A stretch of DNA of 64,000 bases, taken from NCBI GenBank assembly GCA_963849325.1, contig CAWKHF010000010.1, forward strand, positions 1 to 64,000, written 5' to 3'. The notes beneath the pieces were generated by a model. The model had not been told where the DNA came from. It saw nothing but the letters and a program-made list of their open reading frames with translations, and ran no database searches. This stretch comes from an uncultured Planctomycetota bacterium. GTDB taxonomy: Bacteria; Planctomycetota; Planctomycetia; Gemmatales; Gemmataceae. Shown here one piece after another: positions 19,559-29,960 of this stretch (position 1 is its first letter; every line of letters begins with the position of its first letter). Both the position numbers and the translations under genes were made by a program.

Positions 19559-21010
19559 TTAGCCCACGCTGCCTTCCAAACTCACTCCAAGTAGCTTCTG
19601 CGCCTCCACCGCGAATTCCATCGGCAGGTTCAAAAACACCTGCTTGCAAAAGCCATTGACGATCATGTTGACGGCGTCCTCGGCCGACAGCCCGCGCTGC
19701 TTGCAGTAGAAAATCTGGTCCTCACCAATCTTCGACGTGGACGCCTCGTGCTCGACCTTCGCCGTGGGGTTCTTGACCTCGATGTAAGGAAACGTGTGCG
19801 CTCCACAGCGGTCGCCCAGGAGCAGCGAATCGCACTGGCTGTAGTTACGCGCGCCGGTCGCTCCCTTCTGCACTTTCACCAGGCCGCGGTAGGTGTTCTG
19901 GCCGTTGCCGGCGGAGATGCCCTTGGAGACGATGGTACTCCGCGTGTTCTTGCCGATGTGGATCATCTTCGTGCCGGTGTCGGCCTGCTGCTTGTGATTG
20001 GTCAGCGCCACCGAGTAGAACTCGCCGACCGCGTCGTCGCCCTGCAGGATCACGCTGGGATACTTCCAGGTAATGGCCGAGCCGGTCTCCACCTGCGTCC
20101 AGGAGATTTTCGAGCCTGCGCCGCGGCAGGCGCCGCGCTTGGTCACGAAGTTGTAAACGCCGCCGCGCCCTTCCTTGTCGCCGGGATACCAGTTCTGCAC
20201 CGTCGAATACTTGATCTCCGAGCGCGCGCCGACGGCGACCAGTTCGACGACGGCGGCGTGCAGCTGGTTCTCGTCGCGCATCGGCGCCGTGCAGCCTTCC
20301 AAATAGCTGACGTACGCGCCTTCCTCGGCGACGATCAGCGTGCGCTCGAACTGGCCGGTGCCGGAAGCGTTGATGCGAAAATAGGTGGACAACTCCATCG
20401 GACAGCGCACGCCCCTGGGGACGTAGCAGAACGAGCCGTCGCTGAAGACCGCCGAGTTGAGGGTGGCGAAGAAGTTGTCGTTGTACGGCACCACCGAGCC
20501 GAGGTACTTGCGCACCAACTCCGGATGCTCGCGCACCGCCTCGGAGAAGGAGCAGAAGATAATGCCCAGCTCGGCCAGCTTGCCCTTGAAGGTCGTCGCC
20601 ACCGACACGCTGTCGAAGACGGCATCGACGGCGACGCCGCTCAAGCGCTTCTGTTCGTCCAGCGAGATGCCCAGCTTCTCGAAGGTGCGGCGCAGCTCCG
20701 GATCGACTTCATCCAGGTTGTTGAGCGTCTTCTTCGGCTTGGGGGCCGAGTAGTAAATGATGTCCTGGTAGTCGATGGGCGCGATGCGCAGCTTGGGCCA
20801 CCAGCGCGGCTCCTGCATCGTCTGCCAGTGCCGGAACGCTTTCAGCGCGCAATCCAGCAGCCAATCCGGCTCGCGCTTCTTGGCGGACAGGAGGCGAATG
20901 ATGTCCTCGTTGAGACCGCGCGGCAGCGTCTCGGCTTCGATGTCCGTCACGAAACCGTGCTGATATTCGCGGTTGGCGAGTTCCTGAATCGTATGGGTCG
21001 CGGTCGTCAT
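19559..21010 (-). CDS. sufB: Fe-S cluster assembly protein SufB
   Basis: [72 protein letters not shown]. Confidence 0.97.
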   Translation of the reverse strand: MTTATHTIQELANREYQHGFVTDIEAETLPRGLNEDIIRLLSAKKREPDWLLDCALKAFRHWQTMQEPRWWPKLRIAPIDYQDIIYYSAPKPKKTLNNLDEVDPELRRTFEKLGISLDEQKRLSGVAVDAVFDSVSVATTFKGKLAELGIIFCSFSEAVREHPELVRKYLGSVVPYNDNFFATLNSAVFSDGSFCYVPRGVRCPMELSTYFRINASGTGQFERTLIVAEEGAYVSYLEGCTAPMRDENQLHAAVVELVAVGARSEIKYSTVQNWYPGDKEGRGGVYNFVTKRGACRGAGSKISWTQVETGSAITWKYPSVILQGDDAVGEFYSVALTNHKQQADTGTKMIHIGKNTRSTIVSKGISAGNGQNTYRGLVKVQKGATGARNYSQCDSLLLGDRCGAHTFPYIEVKNPTAKVEHEASTSKIGEDQIFYCKQRGLSAEDAVNMIVNGFCKQVFLNLPMEFAVEAQKLLGVSLEGSVG

Positions 21011-21044
21011 CGTGTTCCCTGTGCTGGGGTCTCAACCTGAATCC

Positions 21045-21563
21045 TTATCCGCGGGCCGCCGAGCCGAGCGTCAGCAAAGTGCCCAGCGACTCGACCGGCT
21101 CGGCCTGAAGATGAGCGTGCAAGCGCTCGGCGATTTGTTCCTGACTTTGCAGCAAATCGGCGAGCGTGACCCGATCGAGGAGATGTCGCATCCACTGTTC
21201 GAGGGTCTGCCAGATGACGCGCAGGGTGCAGCCGTCATTGTGGACGCAGGCGCCGCCGTTGTCGGGGCTGGCGTGGCGCTCGCAATAGGAGGGATCCTCG
21301 AAAAGCGGCTCGCCCAGCGCGCGCATGACCTCTCCCAAACGTACCTCGACGGCTGGCCGGGCCAGGTGATACCCTCCCATCCGGCCGCGCACACTGCCGA
21401 TGAACCCGCTCTGCCGTAGCACCGACAGCAGCTTGGCGACATACGGCGGCGACAGCTTCTCGGCTTCCGCAATCTCCGGGATGGTGAGGGCCTGTCCGTC
21501 GCCGGCACGGGCCAGGCGCAGCAGACAGCGTAATCCATACTCTTCCTGGGCTGTGATCTTCAT
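21045..21563 (-). CDS. Rrf2-family transcriptional regulator of the suf operon
   Basis: MKITAQEEYGLRCLLRLA, SVRGRMGGYHLARP, three Cys (YCERH, GACVHNDGC). Confidence 0.92.
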   Translation of the reverse strand: MKITAQEEYGLRCLLRLARAGDGQALTIPEIAEAEKLSPPYVAKLLSVLRQSGFIGSVRGRMGGYHLARPAVEVRLGEVMRALGEPLFEDPSYCERHASPDNGGACVHNDGCTLRVIWQTLEQWMRHLLDRVTLADLLQSQEQIAERLHAHLQAEPVESLGTLLTLGSAARG

Positions 21564-21601
21564 GCGCCTCTCCCCCGCCATGCGGTGATGCTCTACTCGT
21601 C

Positions 21602-21629
21602 ATTGTACTTAACTGTACTCTTTTGTCAA
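21602..21629 (-). promoter_or_regulatory. Sigma70 promoter of the Rrf2-suf operon
   Basis: On the minus strand TTGACA-16 bp-TACAAT in an AT-rich patch, about 40 bp upstream of the Rrf2 start. Confidence 0.7.
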
Positions 21630-22010
21630 CAATTAACCGCCTCCAGCCCCCTTGCCTGGATTAACCTCTATTCCTTATCTTGAAAGGACTTAAGCAAGAA
21701 ATGAACGACAGGGATCGACGGAAGACCCTTCTCGGCGAGCCGTGTCCGGTGTGCGGCCGGCGCCTGTGGTGGTTTCCTCTTTCTTCGTAGTGAAATCCAG
21801 TTGAAACGGCCAGGCAACGGGAGGAGGACTGCAACCGAGAAGCGATGGCCCGCTCAAATTCCGATGATCCTCATTTGGCGCACGCTGCGCCGAATGGTAC
21901 GATCATTCGGTGAGGCCCACGGCGTCCTCCGCCCGCGCAGGAAGAGCGCGCCGGCGTCCGGCAATCCTATCCTTCGGTCTCGGCGGCATTCGGTGCCAGG
22001 AGGTTTGTGC

Positions 22011-22478
22011 GTGATCCGCATCAAGAAGATACTCTATCCGACGGACTTCTCATCCTATTCCAACCAGGCGTACTTCCACGCCATCACCCTCGCCGAGAAC
22101 CACGGAGCCAGCCTGACGGTTTTGTTCGTCTACAACTCCGACGGCACCACCACGCCCGGCTCGCAAGGCGATGAACTGGCCGACCGCTCCTACTGGCAGG
22201 GCCAGCTGGAGCAGATTCGTCCGGTGGATACGCGTATTCCGGTTACGCACGTCTTGCTGGAGGGCGATCCGGCCAGTGAGATCGTGCGCTACGGCCGGGA
22301 TGCCGGCGTCGATCTGATCGTCATGGGCACGCACGGCCGTACCGGCGTCGAACGCCTGGTGCTGGGCAGCGTGGCCGAGAAGGTGCTGCGCGACGCTTCC
22401 TGTTCGGTGCTGGTGGTCAAGCTGCCGCGCGGTCAACCCGTCACCACTCGCGGCGATGTCGCCGTGGCCGCCACTTAA
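22011..22478 (+). CDS. Universal stress protein
   Basis: [23 protein letters not shown]...[10 protein letters not shown]...SVLVV; GTG start with AGGAGG RBS. Confidence 0.93.
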   Translation: MIRIKKILYPTDFSSYSNQAYFHAITLAENHGASLTVLFVYNSDGTTTPGSQGDELADRSYWQGQLEQIRPVDTRIPVTHVLLEGDPASEIVRYGRDAGVDLIVMGTHGRTGVERLVLGSVAEKVLRDASCSVLVVKLPRGQPVTTRGDVAVAAT

Positions 22479-22483
22479 AAAAA

Positions 22484-22571
22484 GGGAATAGGGAATAGGG
22501 AATAGGGAATAGAGAAGAAGAAGCCTCTTCCCTCCACCCTATTCCCTATTCCCTATTCCCTATTCCCTATT
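22484..22571. terminator. Inverted heptamer arrays (GGGAATA)4 / (CCCTATT)5; probable bidirectional terminator
   Basis: Fills the gap between two convergent stop codons; the arms are complementary. Confidence 0.75.
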
Positions 22572-23527
22572 TCACGGGCTGGTATCGCTGGAGCCGAGAA
22601 CGGAGTCCTCCCACGCCTTGCCGGCGAGGACCTGATTGTCCCAGTTGACGAAGATGTCGTCGCCGCGAACGCCGGCGTTGCGGTTGGTGCGCCAGTCCAC
22701 ATGGCCACCCAGGAAGAGGACGTTCTGACCTCGACCGCCGTGGTTGGCGCTGTTGAGCTGGCGGAGCGATTCGACGCGATCGGCCATCAGCGGCAGAGTA
22801 TCGCCGGAGTCGCTGCGTAAGCCATGATGCCCGGCCCCATCGCGGTAGCCCAGGGTATAGGCGTAATCACCCGCCAGCTGACCGGCGTCTCGGCGAAACG
22901 CTTCCGGCTCGTTCTCGTACAGCTCCTCCAGCTCACGGACGGATCGACTTGAGGGTGCGTGCGTCCCCGCGCCGGACACACTACGGATACTTGCGGACTG
23001 AGCATCCCGTTGTCGCGGAGGACGGGTACGAAGATGCCGGCGACGCTGCGTGGCCCCTTCTCCTCCACGCGAGGGAAGTCGCCATCGTGGCCGACGCAGT
23101 ATCCGCGCAAGCCCTCGCCAATCAGTCGCAGGTTGTTGGCGCATTCCAGTCGAGAGACGCGGTCGCGCCACAGATGGACCAGGGCGGAGGCGCCGACGCC
23201 GCCGAGGACGACGAGCAACAGGGCGGCCACCAGGACGTTGGGGCGTCGGCCCCAGCGCCGCATGGGGAGGACTCTTTGTGAGCGCGGCGGCGGCGGAGCG
23301 GGCGGCAGTTTATGGCACTGATGCTCGGCGATACGGGCCAGCGTCGAGAGGACGAGGCCGGACGGCGGCTCGGGCGTGTCCGCGTCGGCGGCCAGAGGCG
23401 CCAGGGCGCGCTCCATCAGCTTCAGCCGCGCCCGCAACTCCGGCGAGCTTTGCAGCGACGCCTCGACTTGCTGCTGCGTCTCGTCGTCGAGCGACTTTAG
23501 CAGATAACCGACCAGATTGTCGTCCAT
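22572..23527 (-). CDS. Membrane anti-sigma factor with DUF1559/H-X9-DG-like C-terminal domain (indel near 22955)
   Basis: MDDNLVGYLLKSLD anti-sigma-like N-terminus, one TM helix, ECANNLRLIG, NHGGRGQNVLFLGGHV; coupled to the ECF sigma gene. Confidence 0.75.
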
Positions 23528-23531
23528 CGGC

Positions 23532-24149
23532 TCACACTTCAAACAAGGAGGGCGATTCGCTCCACGCTTCCTGGAGTTTGTTCAGGGCGGCATGTAGCCG
23601 GGATTTCACGGTGCCGACGGGGATGCCCAGGATGTCGGCGATCTCGCGGTACTTCAACCCCTGGTAGTAGGCCAGGATCACCACGTCGCGCAGGAAGTCG
23701 GGCAAGCGATCGACGCCGGCGCGAACCTTCTCCTTGCGTTCCTGCGCCGAGACGTTTTCCAGCGGAGCAGGCCCACGACCCTCCAGGGTGTCCAGCAAGT
23801 TGCGCAGCTCGCCGTCGGCGCCCTCCTCACGCTTCTGCTCCAGGCTGAGGACCTGGTGGCGCGCGTTCCGCCGCAGGGCGTCGATGGCCTGGTGGGTAGC
23901 GATGGTGTACAGCCAGGGCCGCACCGGCCGTCCCTCTTCATACTGGCCGCTTTTGAGGTGCAGCTGCAAAAACGTGTTCTGAAAAACGTCCTCGGCCAGG
24001 TTGCCGTCTCCCAGGTAACGCCGCAAGTAGCCGTACAATTCACGCTCGTAACGGCGAAGCAGCACGCCGAACGCTTCCGTCTGGCCGCGGCAATAGCGGA
24101 CCAGCAGATCCTCATCGGAGCAGGCAGTGAGGGGGTCCGGAAGCTCCAC
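23532..24149 (-). CDS. ECF sigma-70 factor
   Basis: SDEDLL, AEDVFQNTF, RPWLYTIA, GLKYREIADILGIPVGTVKSRLH. Start uncertain (24149 or 24176). Confidence 0.93.
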   Translation of the reverse strand: MELPDPLTACSDEDLLVRYCRGQTEAFGVLLRRYERELYGYLRRYLGDGNLAEDVFQNTFLQLHLKSGQYEEGRPVRPWLYTIATHQAIDALRRNARHQVLSLEQKREEGADGELRNLLDTLEGRGPAPLENVSAQERKEKVRAGVDRLPDFLRDVVILAYYQGLKYREIADILGIPVGTVKSRLHAALNKLQEAWSESPSLFEV

Positions 24150-24278
24150 GTTCTCTCTGTTGTTGCTACGGGGCAAAGGCCACGACGGTTCGCCGCGCTC
24201 GCGTTCCCACGGACGTTCATGTGAACGAAAAAGCGAAAGACTGTCAAGCGGGCAAAGCGGATTGTGGCCGCCGTCTCT

Positions 24279-24485
24279 CTAATCGAGCCGAGGGTAGGCG
24301 TCGATCACCTCGCGCGGGCCGGCAAACTCGTTGGCCGGCAGTCGTTCCAGCGCGGCGACGACGTCGTTGGGCGCCCCGTTCTTGCGCACCGCGTGGATGA
24401 TGTCGTCCTTGTGAGCCGGGAATTCAATGCCCTGCAGAAAACTCAGGATGTTCGCATCGCTCTTGCCGCCAGCCAGACGTTCCAT
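24279..24485 (-). CDS. DUF2795-family small protein
   Basis: FLQGIEFPAHKDDII...GAPNDVVAALERLP; GGAGG RBS. Confidence 0.8.
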   Translation of the reverse strand: MERLAGGKSDANILSFLQGIEFPAHKDDIIHAVRKNGAPNDVVAALERLPANEFAGPREVIDAYPRLD

Positions 24486-24668
24486 GACTTCCTCCTTTGC
24501 GGATCAAGTGACTCGGTACGCAGGTAACTTACTCCGAGAGGGCCGAAGCCGGGCGGGGAAATGGGGGCAACTGCCATGCCGGCTTCGTCACCGCGCAGAC
24601 GGCACAATGCTTGCAACCAAGAGAACAGGGTGCCGTGCTCGCGGTGTCCGTCGGAGGGAGGATTTATT

Positions 24669-25133
24669 ATGAGTTCCGCCATGAAACTGCAATCGGCGAT
24701 GGCACGCGGCCCGCACGTCCCTCCGGATCAAGCCCTTCCTTTCACTCCCGCCGCCTACGTGTTGCTGCTCCAGGGGGCGTATTACTTCCTCACCGGCGTC
24801 TGGCCGCTTCTCAGCATCGACACTTTTCAGATGGTCACGGGTTCCAAGACAGACCTCTGGCTTGTCGATACGGTGGGGGTATTGATCCTGGTCATCAGCC
24901 TGGCCCTGCTGGCTGGTGCCTGGCGGCGCCGGGCCACGGCGGAAGTGGTAGTCCTGGCGGTGTGCAGCGCGGTGGCCCTGACAGCGGTTGATGTCGTGTT
25001 CGTCGCCCGCGACGTGATCGCCCGCATCTACCTTCTTGATGCCGCCGCCGAGATGGTGCTTCTCCTGGCGTGGGTCGCAGCCCTCATCATCGATGCGCGG
25101 ACGCGCTGGAAGCGATCCGCTCCCTGTCTGTGA
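24669..25133 (+). CDS. Four-TM hypothetical membrane protein
   Basis: [13 protein letters not shown]...KTDLWLV...IYLLDAAAE; hydrophobic helices; GGAGG RBS. Confidence 0.7.
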   Translation: MSSAMKLQSAMARGPHVPPDQALPFTPAAYVLLLQGAYYFLTGVWPLLSIDTFQMVTGSKTDLWLVDTVGVLILVISLALLAGAWRRRATAEVVVLAVCSAVALTAVDVVFVARDVIARIYLLDAAAEMVLLLAWVAALIIDARTRWKRSAPCL

Positions 25134-25261
25134 ACCTGGGCCGGGACGAACATCGGAAAACGGCTCGAATTGCTTGCACCTTCCTCCGCAGCCTTTACAA
25201 TCAATTCATCGGTTCCTGCCTCAGCGTCCTCGCGCAGCCGCGGCCTGTTTTCGCCGGACAC

Positions 25262-25711
25262 ATGGGGTTCCTCGTCAATCGTTACTGGCAAATGCTGTTC
25301 GGCGCCGGCCTGGTGCGGACGGTCGAGGACTTCGGCGCGCAGGGCGAATGGCCGACTCATCCCGAGCTACTGCAAGCGCTGACGCTGATGAACGACGTGA
25401 CCTACGTGGAAGCGTCGCGCGTTCTGGCGCAGCGCGTGCTTGCCGAAGGCGGAGCGACGCCCGAGCAGCGTCTGACGCGGATGTTCCGACTGCTGACCGC
25501 CCGCAATCCGCGGCCGGCGGAACTGGCGATCTTGCGTGCGAACCTGGATCAGCAACTGGCACGCTATCGTCGGGATCGGCAGGCGGCGGTCCAGCTCATC
25601 CGCACAGGCGAGGCCGCACGCGAGGAGAAGCTGGATGCGGCCGAGTTGGCCGCCTATACCGCCGTCGCTAACCTTCTTCTCAATCTGGATGAGACGATCA
25701 CGAAAGAATAA
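25262..25711 (+). pseudogene. Truncated, internally deleted DUF1553 (planctomycete PSD1) gene fragment
   Basis: [33 protein letters not shown] joined directly to QALTLMND...[12 protein letters not shown]-terminal domains missing. Confidence 0.75.
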
Positions 25712-25731
25712 GAGCTACCAGCCCCAATCCC

Positions 25732-25794
25732 TCGGAGCCCGCAGCGTCAGCGAGGAGAGTACAGAGCTTCCCTCGCTAACGCTGCGGGCTCCGA
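25732..25794. repeat. Palindromic (REP-like) repeat
   Basis: tcggagcccgcagcgtcagcgagg / cctcgctaacgctgcgggctccga. Confidence 0.8.
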
Positions 25795-25870
25795 CTCCGA
25801 TCGTCAACCGTTGGATCGTAGACAAATCTCCATCCGTTTTCGCTCTTCTTCTGGTGAGGGCGACGGAATC

Positions 25871-26398
25871 ATGCTCAGGCCCGCAGACGACCCATTGATC
25901 CGGGGCCTCGCCGAGGGGCGAGAGGAGGCGTTTGCCGCGCTCTACGATCGCTTCGGTCCCTCGTTGTTTCGGGTCGCCCTGGCCGCCTTGCGATCACCGC
26001 ACGACGCCGAAGACGCGGTGCAAGAGGTGTTCGTCGGCCTGGTGCGGGCGCGACGGCGCTTGCCGCAGGTCGAAGACTTGCGGGCTTACCTGTTCGCCGC
26101 GCTTCGCCATGCCGTCGCCCGGCTCGCCGCCGACCCAAAGCGGACACGTTCGTTGTCGCCGGAAGAACTCGTCCAGCTTTCCGCTGGCAAGACGGCCGGC
26201 GTGGATTGCGAGCAGTCGGCGCAGCTGGAGCGAGCCTTGCGGATGTTGCCGACCGAACAGCGCGAGGCGGTCGCCCTCAAGATCGATGGCGGTCTGACCT
26301 TCGCCGAGATGGCCGCCGTCCTCGGCATCAGCGCGAACACGGCGGCGAGCCGCTACCGCTACGCTTTAGAGAAACTGCGTACCATCCTGGAGGTGTGA
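25871..26398 (+). CDS. ECF sigma-70 factor
   Basis: AFAALYDRF, DAEDAVQEVF, LPTEQREAV, GLTFAEMAAVLGISANTAASRYRYAL. Confidence 0.9.
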   Translation: MLRPADDPLIRGLAEGREEAFAALYDRFGPSLFRVALAALRSPHDAEDAVQEVFVGLVRARRRLPQVEDLRAYLFAALRHAVARLAADPKRTRSLSPEELVQLSAGKTAGVDCEQSAQLERALRMLPTEQREAVALKIDGGLTFAEMAAVLGISANTAASRYRYALEKLRTILEV

Positions 26399-26399
26399 G

Positions 26400-26828
26400 G
26401 TGATGAATCCTTCCGATCTCCCTCGGGAGCTGGCCGATCTGGAACGCCAGTTGGCCGAGCGCGCCGTCCCGAAACCGACCGAGGCGTTTCGCCGGCGCGT
26501 GCTGACGGCCATGCGAACCGATCGCGCTCGTCCGGACGGCTGGCGCTTCGCGGCCGCCCTGGTGGCGGCCGTGTTGCTATGTCTCAACCTCGCTCTGAGC
26601 CTGGCGAACCATCGGGCCTGGTCCCCGGTAGAGGGGGACAAGGATGGAGATGTCGAAACCGGCGTCCGCGAATTGAGACAAGAAAACCCTGATTTGTCCG
26701 AAGAAGAAGCCTATCAGGTTGTGGTCCTCCGCCGAACGGCCCCCTCTCTGGCTGCTGTGGCGGCCTTGCCGTCGTCGCCAGACGAGATTTTCTCGTGGGA
26801 ACGGAGCGCGTCATGGGATACGCCTTGA
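26400..26828 (+). CDS. Single-TM putative anti-sigma factor
   Basis: Directly follows the ECF sigma; LERQL...P...FRRRVL, then a TM helix. Confidence 0.6.
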   Translation: MMNPSDLPRELADLERQLAERAVPKPTEAFRRRVLTAMRTDRARPDGWRFAAALVAAVLLCLNLALSLANHRAWSPVEGDKDGDVETGVRELRQENPDLSEEEAYQVVVLRRTAPSLAAVAALPSSPDEIFSWERSASWDTP

Positions 26829-28485
26829 TCTGGATCGAAGGTCTGGCGGCGATGCTCCTTCTGACGGCCGTGTCCGCCTCCTACTCGGCGCACCGCCAAC
26901 GCCGTTGGGGGCAGCTCGTCCTGCCGCTACTGGCCATGCTTCCGGTCGCTCTTCTGGCCGCCGCCCTTACCTGGGTGACCGCCATCCTGAAGTTTCATTA
27001 CCACGGTCTCATTCCCCACGACTGGTTCGTCTACACCTTCGCATGGACGATTGCCTTCCTGGCCGGCGCGACGGTGCTGTTTTCTCGTGGCTTGAGGCGG
27101 ACAGGAGCAGAACCAATCCCTCCGGTCCAAACCTGGCCGCGAGGCCGATTGGCTCTCGCGCTGGCCGGAATGATGGTCCTGTTGGCCATCACCCTATCCA
27201 ACATGGACCTGGCCATGAAAGTGCGCTTGGCCGAGACACGGATCGAGGCCGGCGCCGTCTTGTTGGCGATGAAGCCGTCCTCGGTCGCCGACAAGGACAA
27301 TGCGGCCTCTCTCTATAAGGAGGTGTTCGCCGCCCTTCCCCCGCTTGAGCGCTTGTCTCCGCGCTGGAAGATGGAGAATAACAAGGAGAACCAAACCGAT
27401 AATTGGGACTTACCCGGCCCGTTCGTGGATCAGTACGATTGGCGGGACAAGCAGTGGAAAGAGTTTCTCCACGGCCAGGAGCGGACCTTGACCCTGCTGC
27501 GAAAAGCGGCGTCGAAACCGGCTTGTCACTTCGCCGACGACGATTTATCGGCTTGGCTCGAAGGAGCGAGTCTGCATTATCCGCCGAACTTCTGGCAGCC
27601 TTTTTCCCAGGCTTCGCGGCTGCTGTCCCTGGATGCCCGCGTTCGGGCCGCGGCCGGCGATACGCACAGGGCCGTGGAAGACATCGCCGCCATCCTCGCC
27701 ATGGCCCGCCACGATTCCAACCTGAGAGTGGAGAAAGAAGGGTGGGACACGCTGGCGGACGTTCTCCATTTGTCCCTGCCGTCCCCCGAGCAGTTGGCCA
27801 CATTGTCCCGGGTCGAGGGCGAAGCCTATCTGCGGCGATTCCCGCGTACTCAGGCCGGCTACGCGCTGAGGATCTTGGTCATGCTGTCGCCCGAAGGGGA
27901 GTCGTATCGGTCCTGGGACATGACGCGCGAGTTGCCTTTTCTCCACCGCCGAGGGCAGCCCAAGCCGGAGGGATATGACACTCCCTTCTGGTTCGAGGCC
28001 ACAATCGGTCCCGTCTGGCGCGTTTATCTCGCACCGGACGATCTGCTGTTCATTCACCGTTCGCTGAAGGAATGCCGGGAATCCCTCCAGGCGCGGAACG
28101 GCCCCTCTTCAGCGATTGGCAAGAATTGCAGCAAGCGCTGGAGGGTCAACCCGGCGGCTCATGGTACATGAGCACCATGAAACCGCGTCTGAGGGGAACG
28201 GCCCGATGGGCCTGCGATGTGATGACGCTCCGTCAGCTTGCCCGCCTCGCCATCGCCCTCACGATCTACAAGGCCAAGCACGGCCACTATGCGGACCAAC
28301 TCGAAGACCTGACGCCGGCCTTGCTGAACCGCTTGCCCCGCGACCCGTGGGATGGCGGCCCGTTGCACATGATGCGGACGAACAAGGGCGTTCGTCTCTA
28401 CACCGCTCGCAACGGCCAGGACGAACCGATCCTCTTGCCGGATACGACGGCGCAGCGACGAGACGTGGTTTTCCGACTGCCGTAA
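26813..28485 (+). CDS. Membrane protein with C-terminal GspG/pseudopilin-like motif (indel near 28090)
   Basis: N-terminal TM helices; DNAASLY; C-terminal LARLAIALTIYKAKHGHYADQLEDLTP...LPRDPWDGGPL. Confidence 0.65.
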
Positions 28486-28532
28486 CGATTGCCGTCTTGT
28501 CGGTTCGTGCGATCGTCGTTACCGTGGCGGTC

Positions 28533-28946
28533 ATGAATTCCGACGCACCCGTCGCTGGGCGACGCGCTGCCTCGCGCCTGGCCTCGTTTCGTTACGCCTT
28601 CGCGGGCTGGTGGTACGTCCTGCGTAGCCAACGCAACGCCTGGATTCACGCAGTCGCTTCCCTCGCCGTCATCGCCGTCGGACTTTGGTTGCGGTTGGGG
28701 CGGATCGACTGGGCGCTTCTCATTCTGACCGTCGCGCTGGTGTGGGTGGCCGAGTTCGTCAACACCGCCGTCGAGTCCGTGGTGGACCTCTTATCGCCGG
28801 ACCTTCATCCGCTGGCGAAAGTCGGCAAGGATGTGGCGGCAGCGGCCGTCCTGATCGCCGCTCTGGCCGCGGTTGTGGTGGGCCTGCTCCTTCTCGGCCC
28901 GCCGCTGTGGGCACGAATTCAGTTCGGAGTTCTGTTCCTCGTTTAG
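28533..28946 (+). CDS. dgkA: Diacylglycerol/undecaprenol kinase family
   Basis: SFRYAFAG...SQRNAWIH...AEFVNTAVESVVDL...HPLAKVGKDVAAAAV. Confidence 0.9.
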   Translation: MNSDAPVAGRRAASRLASFRYAFAGWWYVLRSQRNAWIHAVASLAVIAVGLWLRLGRIDWALLILTVALVWVAEFVNTAVESVVDLLSPDLHPLAKVGKDVAAAAVLIAALAAVVVGLLLLGPPLWARIQFGVLFLV

Positions 28947-29002
28947 CCGCGACGCGCAGCGGAGCGCGGCTGCCGCGCTCCGCTGCGCGTCGCGGCTAAA
29001 CG
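28940..29002. repeat. Long perfect palindrome, family shared with 51057-51124
   Basis: cgtttagccgcgacgcgcagcggagcgcgg / ccgcgctccgctgcgcgtcgcggctaaacg; lies between convergent genes. Confidence 0.9.
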
Positions 29003-29009
29003 AAATTAT

Positions 29010-29951
29010 TCAAGATAATGGTGTTAGCAAGGACTTCATGACGGCCTGGCTGCCAAGGGGATGCCACTGGCCCCACCATTTGAGAAAGCGTCGCCGTTCC
29101 TGCGGTAGCCGCCGCTGGTGCGAACGCAGCAGCTGATCGATGCCGGGCTGAAGCCGCGGCCAGGCCGTCGCGCAGGTGCGGCGCAGGCTCTCGCGCAGGG
29201 AGGCAAGCCGGCCCGCGGCCACGTGGCTATCGTTGGCCCGACCGAGGATTTCTTGCAACTGCTCGATGCGCGGATACAGTTCGCCGCGGAACGTCGGATC
29301 GAAGCAGTCGGCGAACACTTCCATCGCGTAGCGCAGCCGCTTGCCGGCGATGCGCACTTGATGGAGCTGAGCGTAATCCGCGAGGTCGCCGAGCGCGGCC
29401 CGTTCGAGGCCTTGCAGTCGCTCGAACAGCATCGGCCGGGCGAGATCCACCAGGATGGACGGATTGCCCGGAGCGGGTCGGATCGCCTCGATGGTGCGGG
29501 CGAGGAACGTCTCGAAGGTGGCCCCCTGCTCCTCGTAGACCGTTTCGAGCTGGGCGTGTGCGGCGGTGCGCTGGCCGACCGCGTAGCCGATGAGAAAATC
29601 CAGTCCGGCGCGATGGCGGGCGTCCGCCTCCGCCTCGCGCGCGAGCAGGTCGGCCAGAAAGACATCCCAGTCGCGGGCGGCGCCGGCGGCGCGACGCAGT
29701 TCGCGCAGGCGTCGCCGCCCCTTGCGGTACGCCTTGGCCGGCAGGCAAGCGGCGAAGAGACGCAAGGCGGCGTCGGCGCGGCGCGTGCCGACGCGCAGCT
29801 GGTGGACGTATTCGATGTCGCGATCTGCTTCCAGGGCGGCGCGGGGCAGATTATCCTTCACCACTTGCAGGCGTGCGAACAGGACGTGCCGCGCCGCCTC
29901 GTCCAGCGGGCTATCCGGTTTCAGATCGTTGATCCATTTCCCATCCGACAT
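29010..29951 (-). CDS. CHAD-domain (polyphosphate-binding) protein
   Basis: VHQLRVGTRR, GAARDWDV, LHQVRIAGKRLRY, LQEILGRAND. Confidence 0.92.
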   Translation of the reverse strand: MSDGKWINDLKPDSPLDEAARHVLFARLQVVKDNLPRAALEADRDIEYVHQLRVGTRRADAALRLFAACLPAKAYRKGRRRLRELRRAAGAARDWDVFLADLLAREAEADARHRAGLDFLIGYAVGQRTAAHAQLETVYEEQGATFETFLARTIEAIRPAPGNPSILVDLARPMLFERLQGLERAALGDLADYAQLHQVRIAGKRLRYAMEVFADCFDPTFRGELYPRIEQLQEILGRANDSHVAAGRLASLRESLRRTCATAWPRLQPGIDQLLRSHQRRLPQERRRFLKWWGQWHPLGSQAVMKSLLTPLS

Positions 29952-29960
29952 GGACGATTC

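Noticed and set aside
21801-22010. N-terminal extension of the USP ORF
   Set aside because: The AGGAGG RBS and the domain start point to GTG 22011; the upstream part looks non-coding.
22484-22571. CRISPR array
   Set aside because: Heptamer tandem repeats without unique spacers, and no cas genes in the window.
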